Made by a program: the position numbers and the translations under genes. The notes under the pieces are model-generated. The model was given only the letters and a program-made list of their open reading frames with translations. It searched no databases and was not told the DNA's origin. This document shows, in pieces, positions 46,837-57,700 of a DNA stretch of 64,000 nt; the first letter of the stretch is position 1; each line of letters opens with the position of its first letter. The stretch covers positions 211,550 through 275,549 of the IMG/VR virus record IMGVR_UViG_3300020045_006153. The stretch is one strand, 5' to 3'. This stretch comes from a virus (lineage: Duplodnaviria > Heunggongvirae > Uroviricota > Caudoviricetes).

Positions 46837-48012
46837 ATGTCACAACTATTAAACGAAAGATGGTCCGAGACCAAAGAAGCTCTGCTTGAAGGCCTAATTG
46901 GCACTCGCCGCAGTTCTATGAATGTGTGTTTAGAAAACACACGCCGTTACTTGGGCGAAGCCGCTACAGCAGGCGCTACAAGCTCCGGTAACGTTGCAAC
47001 ACTTAATCGTGTTATTCTTCCAGTAATCCGTCGTGTTATGCCGACTGTTATTGCTAATGAAATTATTGGTGTTCAACCAATGACTGGACCTGTTGGTCAA
47101 ATCCATACTCTACGTGTGCGTTATGCAGACAGCGGAGATGGCGTAGTAGCAGGTGAAGAAGCTCTTAGCCCATTCAAGATTGCTGCTGCTTACTCTGGTA
47201 GTAACATTGATTCTAATCCAAAGGCTGCTTCTACAGCACAATTGGAAGGTCAACCAGGTAAGAGAATGAGCATTCAAATCTTGAAAGCACCTGTTGAAGC
47301 AAAGAGCCGTAAACTATCTGCTCGTTGGACTTTTGAAGCCGCTCAAGATGCACAAGCCCAACAAGGTATTGACATCGAAGCAGAAATCATGGCTGCACTA
47401 GCACAAGAAATTACTGCTGAAATCGACCAAGAAATCCTAGCATCCCTACGTGGATTGGCATCTGTTGAAGAAACATATGACCAGGCTCTAGTTTCTGGTA
47501 CAGCAACTTTCGTTGGTGACGAACACGCTGCTCTAGCAATCCAGATCAATCGCGTAAGCAACTTGATCGCACAACGCACACGTCGTGGTGCTGGTAACTG
47601 GGCTGTTGTTTCTAACCAAGCATTAACAATTCTTCAATCTGCTACTACTTCTGCGTTTGCACGTACTACAGAAGGAACTTTTGAAGCACCTACAAACACA
47701 AAGTTTGTTGGTACACTAAACGGTGCTATGAAGATTTATGTTGACAGTTACAAGGCTGACACAGATACAAACAACCAAATCCTTATTGGATACAAAGGCG
47801 GATCGGAAGCTGACGCTCCTGCATTTTATTGCCCATACATTCCTCTAATGAGTTCTGGTGTTGTTCTAGATCCAAACACCTTTGAACCAGTAGTTGGTTT
47901 CTTGACCCGTTACGGATATGTGGAATTGTCAAATACTGCGTCTTCCTTAGGAAACGCCGCAGATTATTTGGGCAAGGTAGCAATCAATAACGCAACTGTT
48001 TCTTTTAAATAA
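46837..48012 (+). CDS. gp23: major capsid protein, T4 gp23-like
   Basis: GVQPMTGPVGQI, A-x-SRKL-x-A-x-WT-x-E-x-AQD, EI-x-x-EID-x-EI, FYCPYIPL, F-x-P-x-x-GF-x-TRYG. Confidence 0.97.
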   Translation: MSQLLNERWSETKEALLEGLIGTRRSSMNVCLENTRRYLGEAATAGATSSGNVATLNRVILPVIRRVMPTVIANEIIGVQPMTGPVGQIHTLRVRYADSGDGVVAGEEALSPFKIAAAYSGSNIDSNPKAASTAQLEGQPGKRMSIQILKAPVEAKSRKLSARWTFEAAQDAQAQQGIDIEAEIMAALAQEITAEIDQEILASLRGLASVEETYDQALVSGTATFVGDEHAALAIQINRVSNLIAQRTRRGAGNWAVVSNQALTILQSATTSAFARTTEGTFEAPTNTKFVGTLNGAMKIYVDSYKADTDTNNQILIGYKGGSEADAPAFYCPYIPLMSSGVVLDPNTFEPVVGFLTRYGYVELSNTASSLGNAADYLGKVAINNATVSFK

Positions 48013-48040
48013 AAAACACTGTATCTTTATTGATAACATA

Positions 48041-48064
48041 AAAAGGCTCTTCGGAGCCTTTTTT
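48041..48064 (+). terminator. intrinsic terminator after MCP
   Basis: AAAAGGCTC-TTCG-GAGCCTTTTTT. Confidence 0.9.
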
Positions 48065-48065
48065 G

Positions 48066-48118
48066 TTGACTATCTTTCATATCTATTTTATAATATGTCG
48101 AACTCATCAACATAAATA
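48066..48118 (+). promoter_or_regulatory. sigma70 promoter plus late promoter upstream of HNH gene
   Basis: TTGACT (48066-48071), 17 bp spacer, TATAAT (48089-48094); TAAATA at 48113-48118. Confidence 0.75.
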
Positions 48119-48123
48119 AGTAT

Positions 48124-48804
48124 ATGAACAAATATGAAAAATGGTATTATAATATAACAGAACGCGGAAAGCATCGTACATTAACTGAGTATGTAGAACG
48201 ACATCATATTGTTCCGCACAGTCTCGGCGGTTCCGATGACGCATCTAATCTTGTAAGTTTAACTGCGCGAGAACATTTTATTTGCCATTGGCTATTAACA
48301 AAGATGCACATAGGTGAATCTAGGAGTAAAATGATAAACGCATTGTATATGATGCAAGGAAATAGTACATATCAGAAACGATATGAATCTAAAATAACTT
48401 CTCGAATTTATAAAAATTTACGAGAAGAGTATGCTGCTTATATATCAAAGTTAAACACAGGAAGAATACAACCACCGGATGAAAAAGCAAAACAAATAGC
48501 AGCAATGACAGGAAGAAAACGCGAACCATTTAGTGATGAATGGAGAGCAAAACTATCTGCTGCAAAGTCTGGAGAAAATAATAATAGATATGGTGTTGTG
48601 TTTAGTGAAGAAACTAGAAAGAAAATTGGTTCTGCTGCAAAAGGTCGAAAATATAGTTCTGATGTAGTTGAAAAACGAGCAGAAAAAATTAGAGGAAGTA
48701 AAAGAGAAAAACTTCTCTGCCCTCACTGCAAACAACTTATTGCGGTAAACACATATCCGAGATGGCACGGTGATAACTGTAAACAAAAGTCTCCCAATAT
48801 ATAA
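48124..48804 (+). CDS. free-standing HNH homing endonuclease with NUMOD3-like repeats
   Basis: ERHHIVP-x-SLGGSD-x-x-SNLV-x-LTAREHFICH-x-LL; SEETRKKIG; C-terminal CPHC...HGDNC. Confidence 0.9.
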   Translation: MNKYEKWYYNITERGKHRTLTEYVERHHIVPHSLGGSDDASNLVSLTAREHFICHWLLTKMHIGESRSKMINALYMMQGNSTYQKRYESKITSRIYKNLREEYAAYISKLNTGRIQPPDEKAKQIAAMTGRKREPFSDEWRAKLSAAKSGENNNRYGVVFSEETRKKIGSAAKGRKYSSDVVEKRAEKIRGSKREKLLCPHCKQLIAVNTYPRWHGDNCKQKSPNI

Positions 48805-48862
48805 ATACACTGTTCGCCCACAACGGGTTTTATGCGGTACCATCCGCGTAGATCATAGAACG
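48800..48862 (+). promoter_or_regulatory. late promoter followed by a structured 5' leader (three-way junction)
   Basis: TATAAATA at 48800-48807; GTTC/GAAC closing stem enclosing GCCC/GGGT and TTTATGCGG/CCGCGTAGA stems. Confidence 0.6.
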
Positions 48863-48885
48863 ATTCATATATAAGGAGAAACAAA

Positions 48886-49536
48886 ATGGGACGTCCAATT
48901 AAAAAGAAATATTTTGGTAATACAAATGCAGGTGGAACAGGTGGTGAAGGTGTTGCTACTATTGTAAAAAATAATACTGGTACATTGTATACAACTAGTA
49001 CTACTATTGCATTAGCATTTACCGCACCTCAAATCTCAAACGGAGTTGCGCCGACTGGCAGCGTTACAACTAATGGGATAGGTAATGTCGCAACTGTAAC
49101 CTTGTTAACACCTGGTTCAGGTTACACTTCTATTCCTACTGCAACAGTAGTAGGCGGAACAACTGGTACTACTGCAACATTTACTGTTGCGTTATTGGCT
49201 TCTGCACAAAATGCAATTGCAGGATTAGCATGGACTACACCTGCTGGAAGTGCTAAAGCATTTGATATTGAAAAACAAGAATCTAGTCGCCGTTATCGTG
49301 TTAAAACTGCAGACGGCCAAGGAACTTGCAAATTAGTAACAGCAGCCCCAGCAGTCGGTGAAATGACAATTATTGCAACTGATTCCGCTGGTGGAACATA
49401 CTATGTTCAGAAGTTAACTGCACGTAGAGTAGTATTAGTACCAATTGATGGATTGCAATTTGCATCAAACAACATTGCAAATTGGAACCTAACTGGTGCA
49501 GTAGCAAATGTTTCAGTTATGTTAGCAAACGTTTAA
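48886..49536 (+). CDS. virion structural protein (possible head decoration/fibre base)
   Basis: Thr/Gly-rich beta protein with PGSGY repeat; strong SD AAGGAG; late promoter. Confidence 0.7.
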   Translation: MGRPIKKKYFGNTNAGGTGGEGVATIVKNNTGTLYTTSTTIALAFTAPQISNGVAPTGSVTTNGIGNVATVTLLTPGSGYTSIPTATVVGGTTGTTATFTVALLASAQNAIAGLAWTTPAGSAKAFDIEKQESSRRYRVKTADGQGTCKLVTAAPAVGEMTIIATDSAGGTYYVQKLTARRVVLVPIDGLQFASNNIANWNLTGAVANVSVMLANV

Positions 49537-49550
49537 TAATATAAACTTAT

Positions 49551-49576
49551 ATAGCACCTTCGGGTGCTATTTTTTT
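49551..49576 (+). terminator. intrinsic terminator
   Basis: ATAGCACC-TTCG-GGTGCTAT followed by a T run. Confidence 0.9.
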
Positions 49577-49589
49577 GAGTAAATACATC

Positions 49590-50105
49590 ATGCCTACACA
49601 ATGGACTTATCCTACTATTATCTCACAATATGCTGAAGTTGAGCAGCATATTCCATGGACTGAATCAAAATTTGATCTAATTAAAAGCAATGACGGACAG
49701 TATCTAACTACTACTAAAGAGTTATTGCATATTTCAAACTTTACAACAAATGATATTAAAATGAAAACTCACTATTTGTTTGTATCAGGGTTTAACTTCG
49801 TAGGGTTACCTAATATTATTAATGGAATTGAGGCAGAAATTAGTATACTACGTGGCGGCAGAATTACAGACGAAACAGTACAATTAATGTTTAATAATGA
49901 GTTTATTAGTGACAATAAAGCAGATTTTCAACTGGATTCTGTAAAAATATACGGTAGTAATATTGATATGTGGGGAACAGAAAATACTATAATTCCTGAT
50001 TTTTCTGATCCATTATTCGGTATCGGAGTTCGGTATCAAAGCCATCCGAGTTGGCCCCATCGTGAAAGTCCTAAACTAGATTACATAAGACTTCGCGTTT
50101 GGTAA
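49590..50105 (+). CDS. hypothetical late protein
   Basis: ATG 4 nt after TAAATA (49580-49585). Confidence 0.7.
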   Translation: MPTQWTYPTIISQYAEVEQHIPWTESKFDLIKSNDGQYLTTTKELLHISNFTTNDIKMKTHYLFVSGFNFVGLPNIINGIEAEISILRGGRITDETVQLMFNNEFISDNKADFQLDSVKIYGSNIDMWGTENTIIPDFSDPLFGIGVRYQSHPSWPHRESPKLDYIRLRVW

Positions 50106-50133
50106 TGGACTAAATACTCTATAAGGACTTGAT

Positions 50134-50424
50134 ATGAGAGCCAGAGAATTTACAATTAACATTCCAATTAACATTAAGATAAACGGAGACGGTGAACCGG
50201 AAATTTCCGCTGATCAAGATGTGGGGACTTTTTCATCTCCTCTTCAACAAAAGTTGGATCTCCTAAAACAGGCCGCAGTGCAATCACAAGATAAAGATGA
50301 CGGCGAACCTGGCACATTTGTTCCACCGTTGCAACAAAAATTAGAATTAATGAAACATGCCGCTGGAAAGAATAGTCCAGTAATTGATCAAATAAAAGCA
50401 GACGACGATAACGAGGCTTCGTAA
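50134..50424 (+). CDS. small late protein with duplicated GTF-x-x-PLQQKL-x-L-x-K-x-AA motif
   Basis: TAAATA at 50111-50116; SD AAGGA; N-terminus MRAREFT. Confidence 0.75.
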   Translation: MRAREFTINIPINIKINGDGEPEISADQDVGTFSSPLQQKLDLLKQAAVQSQDKDDGEPGTFVPPLQQKLELMKHAAGKNSPVIDQIKADDDNEAS

Positions 50425-50448
50425 CGCCTTAATTAGGAGTAACGGCCC

Positions 50449-53400
50449 GTGCCCATTCAAAAAATAAAATCCGGTAGAATAGTAAAAGTAGATGTTAGCA
50501 CCTATGTAGGTGAATCTGGCATGATTTTCTATGATGAAAAGATTGCAGAACTTCGACTTTCTGACGGTGTAACACCTGGGGGCATTCCGTTTGCATCAGG
50601 TACAAGCACTAGTACCTTTATTGCAGTTACTGCAACTAACACTATATTAGGATTAATAAGAGTAGGTGATGGATTATCAATAGATGGTGATGGAATATTA
50701 TCTGCTATTTCTACTTCTTCATATGTATTACCTATTGCATCTACATCTACATTAGGCGGTTTTAAGTTAGGAGCAAATTTAGTCATTGAGTTAGATGGTA
50801 CCCTCAATGCTTATGCAACCGGCGCAACTGGATATACTGGTTCACAAGGAGATACTGGTGATTTAGGATATACAGGATCACAGGGCACAGGGTTTACTGG
50901 TAGTGCAGGTAGTGGTTTTATCGGCTCGCAAGGCACAACTGGCTTCGTGGGAAGTACTGGCTTTATCGGTTCACAAGGCAATATCGGCTTTGTAGGTTCA
51001 CAAGGCACGACTGGCTTTATCGGCTCGCAAGGAAATATCGGCTTTGTGGGTAGTACTGGCTTTATTGGTAGTACTGGCACAACTGGCTTTATTGGCTCAC
51101 AAGGAACAACTGGTTTCGTGGGATCACAAGGAAATATTGGATTTGTAGGAAGTATTGGCTTTATTGGCTCACAAGGCACGACTGGTTTTGTAGGTAGTAC
51201 TGGCTTCGTAGGTTCACAAGGTGATATTGGCTTTGTTGGAAGTATTGGCTTCGTGGGTTCACAAGGCACAACTGGTTTCGTAGGTAGTACTGGTTTTATT
51301 GGTAGTACTGGTACAACTGGTTTCAATGGCTCACAAGGCACAACTGGATTTATTGGTAGTACTGGTACAACTGGCTTTGTAGGGTCACAAGGAAATATTG
51401 GATTTGTAGGAAGTATTGGCTTTATTGGCTCACAAGGAACAACTGGTTTCGTGGGATCACAAGGCACTACTGGCTTTATCGGTTCACAGGGCGATATTGG
51501 CTTTGTTGGAAGTATTGGCTTCGTGGGATCACAAGGAACAACTGGTTTTATCGGTTCACAAGGAAATATTGGCTTTGTAGGAAGTACTGGTTTCGTAGGT
51601 TCACAAGGAACAACTGGTTTTAATGGTTCACAGGGCGATATTGGCTTTGTTGGAAGTATTGGCTTCGTGGGATCACAAGGCACTACTGGCTTTATCGGTT
51701 CACAGGGTGATATTGGCTTTATTGGTTCACAAGGAAATATTGGTTTTGTGGGAAGTATCGGCTTTGTCGGCTCACAAGGCACTACTGGTTTTATCGGCTC
51801 ACAAGGCACTACTGGTTTTGTAGGTAGTACTGGATTTATTGGTAGTACTGGTACAACTGGTTTTATCGGCTCACACGGCACTACTGGTTTTGTAGGTAGT
51901 ACTGGTTTTGTAGGAAGTACTGGTTTCGTAGGAAGTGTTGGCTTTGTGGGTTCACAAGGCACTACTGGTTTCGTAGGTAGTACTGGTATAACTGGTTTCG
52001 TGGGATCACAAGGCACTACTGGCTTTATTGGCTCACAGGGAACAACTGGTTTCAATGGATCACAAGGAACAACTGGTTTCAATGGATCACAAGGCACTAC
52101 TGGTTTTGTAGGTAGTATTGGCTTTGTTGGTAGTACTGGCTTTGTGGGTTCACAAGGCGATATTGGTTTTATTGGCTCACAAGGAAATCTTGGCTTTGTA
52201 GGTAGTACTGGCTTTATTGGTAGTACTGGTACAACTGGTTTCGTAGGTTCGCAAGGAACAACTGGATTTGTAGGATCACAAGGAAATATTGGATTTGTAG
52301 GTAGTACTGGATTTGTAGGCAGTACTGGTACAACTGGATTTGTAGGATCACAAGGAAATGTTGGCTTCGTAGGATCACAAGGAAATATTGGATTTGTAGG
52401 TAGTACTGGATTTATTGGCAGTACTGGTAGTACTGGTTTCAATGGATCACAGGGCACAACTGGTTTTGTAGGTAGTATTGGCTTCGTAGGTTCACAAGGA
52501 ACAACTGGCTTTGTAGGTAGTACTGGTTTCGTAGGTTCACAAGGAACAACTGGCTTTATTGGCTCACAAGGAAATATCGGCTTTGTAGGTAGTACTGGTT
52601 TCAATGGTTCACAAGGAACAACTGGCTTTGTAGGTAGTACTGGTTTCGTAGGTTCACAAGGAACAACTGGCTTTATTGGCTCACAAGGAAATATCGGCTT
52701 TGTAGGTAGTACTGGTTTCAATGGATCACAGGGCACAACTGGTTTTGTAGGTAGTATTGGCTTTGTAGGTTCACAAGGAACAACTGGCTTTGTAGGTAGT
52801 ACTGGTTTCGTAGGTTCACAAGGAACAACTGGCTTTATTGGTAGTACTGGTTTCGTAGGTTCACAAGGAAATATTGGATTTGTAGGTAGTACTGGTTTCA
52901 ATGGATCACAGGGCACAACTGGTTTTGTAGGTAGTATTGGCTTTGTAGGCTCACAAGGAAATATCGGATTTGTAGGTAGTACTGGTTTTAATGGTTCACA
53001 GGGAACAACTGGTTTCGTAGGTAGTTTAGGATATACTGGATCTGCTGCTGAAAACAGTACAGCAACTAACGGAATGGCAATTACATTACAACAGCCTGGT
53101 GGATTACCTACTGTTGGTACATGGACCGGAGCAATTAATATATCTGACACAACATTAGTAACTGATGCTATAGAAAGTTTTAATCAGTTATTGGGGTTGT
53201 TAGTTCCAACTGCGCCACCTGATTTGAGTACAGGTATTATTTCTATTACATCAGTTGGTTCTTCTCCGTTAAAAGCATCTGGATCTGCTCCTGATAACAC
53301 AAGTGGAGGAACTATTCCAACTTCACCTAATACTGCTGGCAATACTGTAATTGTTTCAAATGTATCTGGAAGATTAACTGCTGCCTCGGCCCTTACTAAT

Positions 53401-54711
53401 GTACTAACCTTAAAAGGGTCAGGCTCTCAAGGAACACTTGCAGTTTCTGTTAACGGAAGCACTATTGGAAATACATTAACTCCATTTACTTTATCTACTG
53501 CAACGAGTTCTCAATCAGTTGGAGCCGCATTAATGACAGTAAGGGCATGGTATCCAACTACTACTCCTGGATTTTGGATATCATTTAGTATACAAGCAGC
53601 ACCTACTACATTTGCACAAGGGTGGAATCGTGTACAAATTACTCATACTATTTCTGGTAATACAAATGAATTTTATGTCCTACGAGATAATATCACCGCC
53701 ACACCTGTGTTAAATGGAACTGTTACGTTAGTCGAAGTAGGAACACCAACATATGCATATTCGTCAAATGTTCCGCATTATGGAGATACCACCGCAGCAT
53801 TAACAATCAGCGGATCAGTTATGTCAAATATTGCAGGAGAGACATATTATAACGGAAATCCGTTATCACTACTCGGTACAAATTCAATCACAACAACCCA
53901 GGCTAAATCATATGCTACTATAGGAGTTACTACTCCTGTTGCAAGACAAACTATTTCAACAACATTAACAGATCAAACTATTAATATTGATGGAACAAAT
54001 GTACATACTTCTGGAACTATTCAAGGTACTGCAACTAATGTAAACGGCTCAAGTGCTGCGACTAACATGACAACTACAGTAGTAAACGTTATGAGAGGTA
54101 CTGCTACTAGTAAACTTAATGAACAATCTATCACAGTTAGTGGATTAGGTACTTCGCCTAATTCGTTACCTGCAAAGCGAATAGGCGGGCTAACAAATGC
54201 TGATCAACCTTCCATGTCAACTGGCACTACTTGGATTAGTTCGGCAACGATAAATACTTATGATGCTGCGATAGTAGCCGGAATATTGAGTGCAAATCAG
54301 ACAAATTATTCTACAGGATATCTGCCTGTAGGTCCTAATTTAAGTGCAAGACAAGCAGCGCAATATGTAACATTTAATTTCCAGAGAGATTCTCGCAGTA
54401 ATTTTAATATTGTTATTACCGGAACATATGCTGGGTGCTGGATAGGGTTACCTGGTATATCCAGCGCAACATCAACAACAGGATGGTGGAATATGTTTGT
54501 AGCGTATAGTGGATCAGGAGTACCGGGCGACTCAGTAGGCGGAAACGGAAGTAATGGATGTGCATCAGGTACAGTAATGGCTGGTGCAAGCGGAACATAC
54601 TTGTGTACATTTGGCACACAAAGTTCTACAAATAGCACAGGAAATAATATTGTTGTAAGATTTAAATTGAATGCAGGTCAGAGTATTACTGCCCTAAGCT
54701 TCACTAACTAA
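50449..54711 (+). CDS. giant Gly-X-Y repeat fibre protein (1420 aa)
   Basis: N-terminal G-x-x-FYD...LRLSDGVTPGG (Mtd/hyaluronidase-like attachment motif); about 740-aa G-X-Y tract; Thr-rich beta C-terminus. Confidence 0.85.
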   Translation: MPIQKIKSGRIVKVDVSTYVGESGMIFYDEKIAELRLSDGVTPGGIPFASGTSTSTFIAVTATNTILGLIRVGDGLSIDGDGILSAISTSSYVLPIASTSTLGGFKLGANLVIELDGTLNAYATGATGYTGSQGDTGDLGYTGSQGTGFTGSAGSGFIGSQGTTGFVGSTGFIGSQGNIGFVGSQGTTGFIGSQGNIGFVGSTGFIGSTGTTGFIGSQGTTGFVGSQGNIGFVGSIGFIGSQGTTGFVGSTGFVGSQGDIGFVGSIGFVGSQGTTGFVGSTGFIGSTGTTGFNGSQGTTGFIGSTGTTGFVGSQGNIGFVGSIGFIGSQGTTGFVGSQGTTGFIGSQGDIGFVGSIGFVGSQGTTGFIGSQGNIGFVGSTGFVGSQGTTGFNGSQGDIGFVGSIGFVGSQGTTGFIGSQGDIGFIGSQGNIGFVGSIGFVGSQGTTGFIGSQGTTGFVGSTGFIGSTGTTGFIGSHGTTGFVGSTGFVGSTGFVGSVGFVGSQGTTGFVGSTGITGFVGSQGTTGFIGSQGTTGFNGSQGTTGFNGSQGTTGFVGSIGFVGSTGFVGSQGDIGFIGSQGNLGFVGSTGFIGSTGTTGFVGSQGTTGFVGSQGNIGFVGSTGFVGSTGTTGFVGSQGNVGFVGSQGNIGFVGSTGFIGSTGSTGFNGSQGTTGFVGSIGFVGSQGTTGFVGSTGFVGSQGTTGFIGSQGNIGFVGSTGFNGSQGTTGFVGSTGFVGSQGTTGFIGSQGNIGFVGSTGFNGSQGTTGFVGSIGFVGSQGTTGFVGSTGFVGSQGTTGFIGSTGFVGSQGNIGFVGSTGFNGSQGTTGFVGSIGFVGSQGNIGFVGSTGFNGSQGTTGFVGSLGYTGSAAENSTATNGMAITLQQPGGLPTVGTWTGAINISDTTLVTDAIESFNQLLGLLVPTAPPDLSTGIISITSVGSSPLKASGSAPDNTSGGTIPTSPNTAGNTVIVSNVSGRLTAASALTNVLTLKGSGSQGTLAVSVNGSTIGNTLTPFTLSTATSSQSVGAALMTVRAWYPTTTPGFWISFSIQAAPTTFAQGWNRVQITHTISGNTNEFYVLRDNITATPVLNGTVTLVEVGTPTYAYSSNVPHYGDTTAALTISGSVMSNIAGETYYNGNPLSLLGTNSITTTQAKSYATIGVTTPVARQTISTTLTDQTINIDGTNVHTSGTIQGTATNVNGSSAATNMTTTVVNVMRGTATSKLNEQSITVSGLGTSPNSLPAKRIGGLTNADQPSMSTGTTWISSATINTYDAAIVAGILSANQTNYSTGYLPVGPNLSARQAAQYVTFNFQRDSRSNFNIVITGTYAGCWIGLPGISSATSTTGWWNMFVAYSGSGVPGDSVGGNGSNGCASGTVMAGASGTYLCTFGTQSSTNSTGNNIVVRFKLNAGQSITALSFTN
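50821..53046 (+). repeat. Gly-X-Y tandem repeat (GFV-GSQ-GTT type, 9-nt units)
   Basis: Degenerate repeats such as ggttttgta-ggttcacaa-ggcacaact. Confidence 0.95.
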
Positions 54712-54721
54712 GGATTAGCAG

Positions 54722-57700
54722 ATGGCAATTAGTACACTTACACAAGTTGACTACTTATGGAAAAAGGTTATTTATGGAGTTTCAAAGTCTGATTCAGCGA
54801 CTGCAAAATCTGGTAGTAACGAAACAATCCCTAGTCCAATTACTGTATACTCGTCTAGTATATGGACTCAATCAGATAGTGCAAGCATTCCGCCAACACC
54901 TCCAGCAAGCACATCTACTACTGTTATATTGTATCAAGGCGCTAATAGAATACAAGCAATTGCAGATGCTACATCTGGTACTACAGGTAACAGACCAACA
55001 TGGAATACAAATTTAACTAATTGGGTTCCTCCTACTTTTGGGTCAGGGTATGCAGTTGCAGTATTCTTAGGAGATCCTCAAACAACCGGTGTACAAATAT
55101 TTCCAGACACTACTAATAATGAATGGGTATTTGATTACACCGCTGGTGTATTAAACTTTGCAGCATCATTGCCTACTGGTAATGCACAATGGGTAAACGG
55201 AGTATACATTCGTGGATATAGATATATCGGTAATACAGGAGTAGGCCATACTGTATCAGTTACTAATACATCAACTTCTCAATATATTTCATTTATAAGT
55301 ACATCAACCGGTACTCATTCTGCTGAATTTATTAGTACTGGTTTAACATTTAATCCTGCTACTAATGCATTATCGATTAATGGAGCAGGATTATATATAA
55401 ATGGTTGGCAAATTAGTACAGCAACAGGATTTACTGGTAGTATCGGCTTTGTTGGATCACAGGGAACAACTGGTTTCGTAGGATCACAGGGAAGTACTGG
55501 CTTTATTGGATCACAGGGAAGTACTGGTTTCGTAGGTTCACAAGGAAGTACTGGTTTCGTAGGATCACAGGGAAATATTGGCTTTGTAGGAAGTACTGGC
55601 ACAACTGGATTCGTAGGTAGTATCGGCTTTGTAGGAAGTACTGGCACAACTGGCTTTGTTGGATCACAAGGAACAACTGGATTCGTAGGTAGTATCGGCT
55701 TTGTAGGAAGTACTGGCACAACTGGCTTTGTTGGATCACAAGGAACAACTGGATTTGTAGGAAGTACTGGTTTCAATGGATCACAAGGCACAACTGGATT
55801 TGTTGGATCACAAGGAACAACTGGATTCGTAGGTAGTATCGGCTTTGTAGGAAGTACTGGCACAACTGGATTTATTGGTAGTACTGGCACAACTGGTTTT
55901 GTAGGTTCACAAGGAACAACTGGTTTTGTAGGAAGTATCGGCTTTGTTGGATCACAAGGAACAACTGGATTTGTAGGTTCACAGGGAAATATTGGCTTTG
56001 TTGGATCACAAGGAACAACTGGATTCGTAGGTAGTATCGGCTTTGTAGGAAGTACTGGCACAACTGGATTTATTGGTAGTACTGGCACAACTGGATTTGT
56101 AGGTTCACAAGGAACAACTGGTTTTGTAGGAAGTATCGGCTTTGTTGGATCACAAGGAACAACTGGTTTTGTAGGAAGTACTGGATTTATTGGTAGTACT
56201 GGCACAACTGGATTTGTAGGTTCACAAGGAACAACTGGTTTTGTAGGTTCACAAGGCACAACTGGATTTGTAGGTTCACAAGGCACAACTGGATTTGTAG
56301 GAAGTACTGGCTTTGTGGGTTCACAGGGAACAACTGGTTTCGTAGGTAGTATTGGCTTTATTGGTAGTACTGGTACAACTGGTTTCGTAGGTTCACAGGG
56401 AACAACTGGTTTTGTAGGAAGTATTGGTTTTGTAGGTTCACAAGGAACAACTGGTTTTGTTGGTAGTACTGGCTTTATTGGTAGTACTGGCACAACTGGC
56501 TTTGTTGGTTCACAAGGCCCTACTACCCCTGCTACACCGTATGTAATTGGTGCTATATTTGGATATACTCCGCCCGCTATTACTACTGGAACAGTTACAT
56601 TAGGATATCAGGCAGGCAATGTGTCAATGACTGGTGTACACAACATTGCACTTGGTGTATGCTCTTTAATAAGTAATTCTAGTGGTTGCGGTAATGTTGC
56701 TATAGGATTTCGTGCACTAAGTGACACTACTCTTGGATCATTGAACACTGCAATAGGATGTTATGCCCTTGCTAATAATACAACTGGCGGGAACAATATT
56801 GCTATTGGACCATATGCATTATGTGGAAACAATAACGGATCTGGCAATGTTGCAATGGGATATGGTGCACTTCGAAGCAACACGATTGGTAGTAATAATT
56901 TTGCAGTAGGTACTGTTGCGTTGGCTGTTAATACAAGCGGCCGAAACAACGTTGCAATTGGATATTGTGCACTTCGATGCAATTCTAGTGGTTGTAATAA
57001 TGTTGCTATTGGATATGGTACAATGTGTTCAAACACTACTGGCAGTAGTAATTTTGCAGTAGGTATTAACGCTCTTGCTTTTAATACAGCAGGCGGCGGC
57101 AATGTTGCATTGGGACCAGGCGCATTAAGCGGTAATTCGTTAGGAAATAATAATGTTGCAATTGGCGGGAGCGCACTAGGAGGTAACACATCAGGAAGTA
57201 ATAATGTTGCAATTGGGTCTAACTCTCTTCGATGCAATTCGAGTGGAAATAATAATTTTGCAGCAGGCTATTGCGCTCTTAGATGCAATACATCAGGAAG
57301 TAATAATGTTGCAATTGGTTATGGTGCAATGTGTGCAACTACTTCGGGAATCAACAATTTTGCAATAGGTGTATATTCTCTTGCTAATAATTTAACTGGT
57401 GTTAGTAACATTTCGATTGGTGCATATTCATTAAATAACAATTCTTTTGGAAACAATAACGTAGCATTAGGCGACGGCGCCTTAACATGCAACATAACAG
57501 GTAATAACAATATTGCAGTAGGAGTAGCAGCACTACGAAATAATGCAAGTGGTATTAATAATATTGCAATAGGTATTAACGCAGGGTGTTTATTAATTAC
57601 CGGTAATAATAATACTGTTATTGGTATATTGCCGGCAGCAGCAGGGTGTGTATGCACTGTATTAATCGGCGCTGGTGCATGCGAACGTGTGCGAGTTGAT

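Noticed and set aside
50811-53150. Long Pro/Cys-rich minus-strand ORFs (also 55315..56493, 57319..58098 and 63503..63928)
   Set aside because: Antisense shadows of the Gly-X-Y tracts (GGN codons read as CCN-rich); no RBS or promoter
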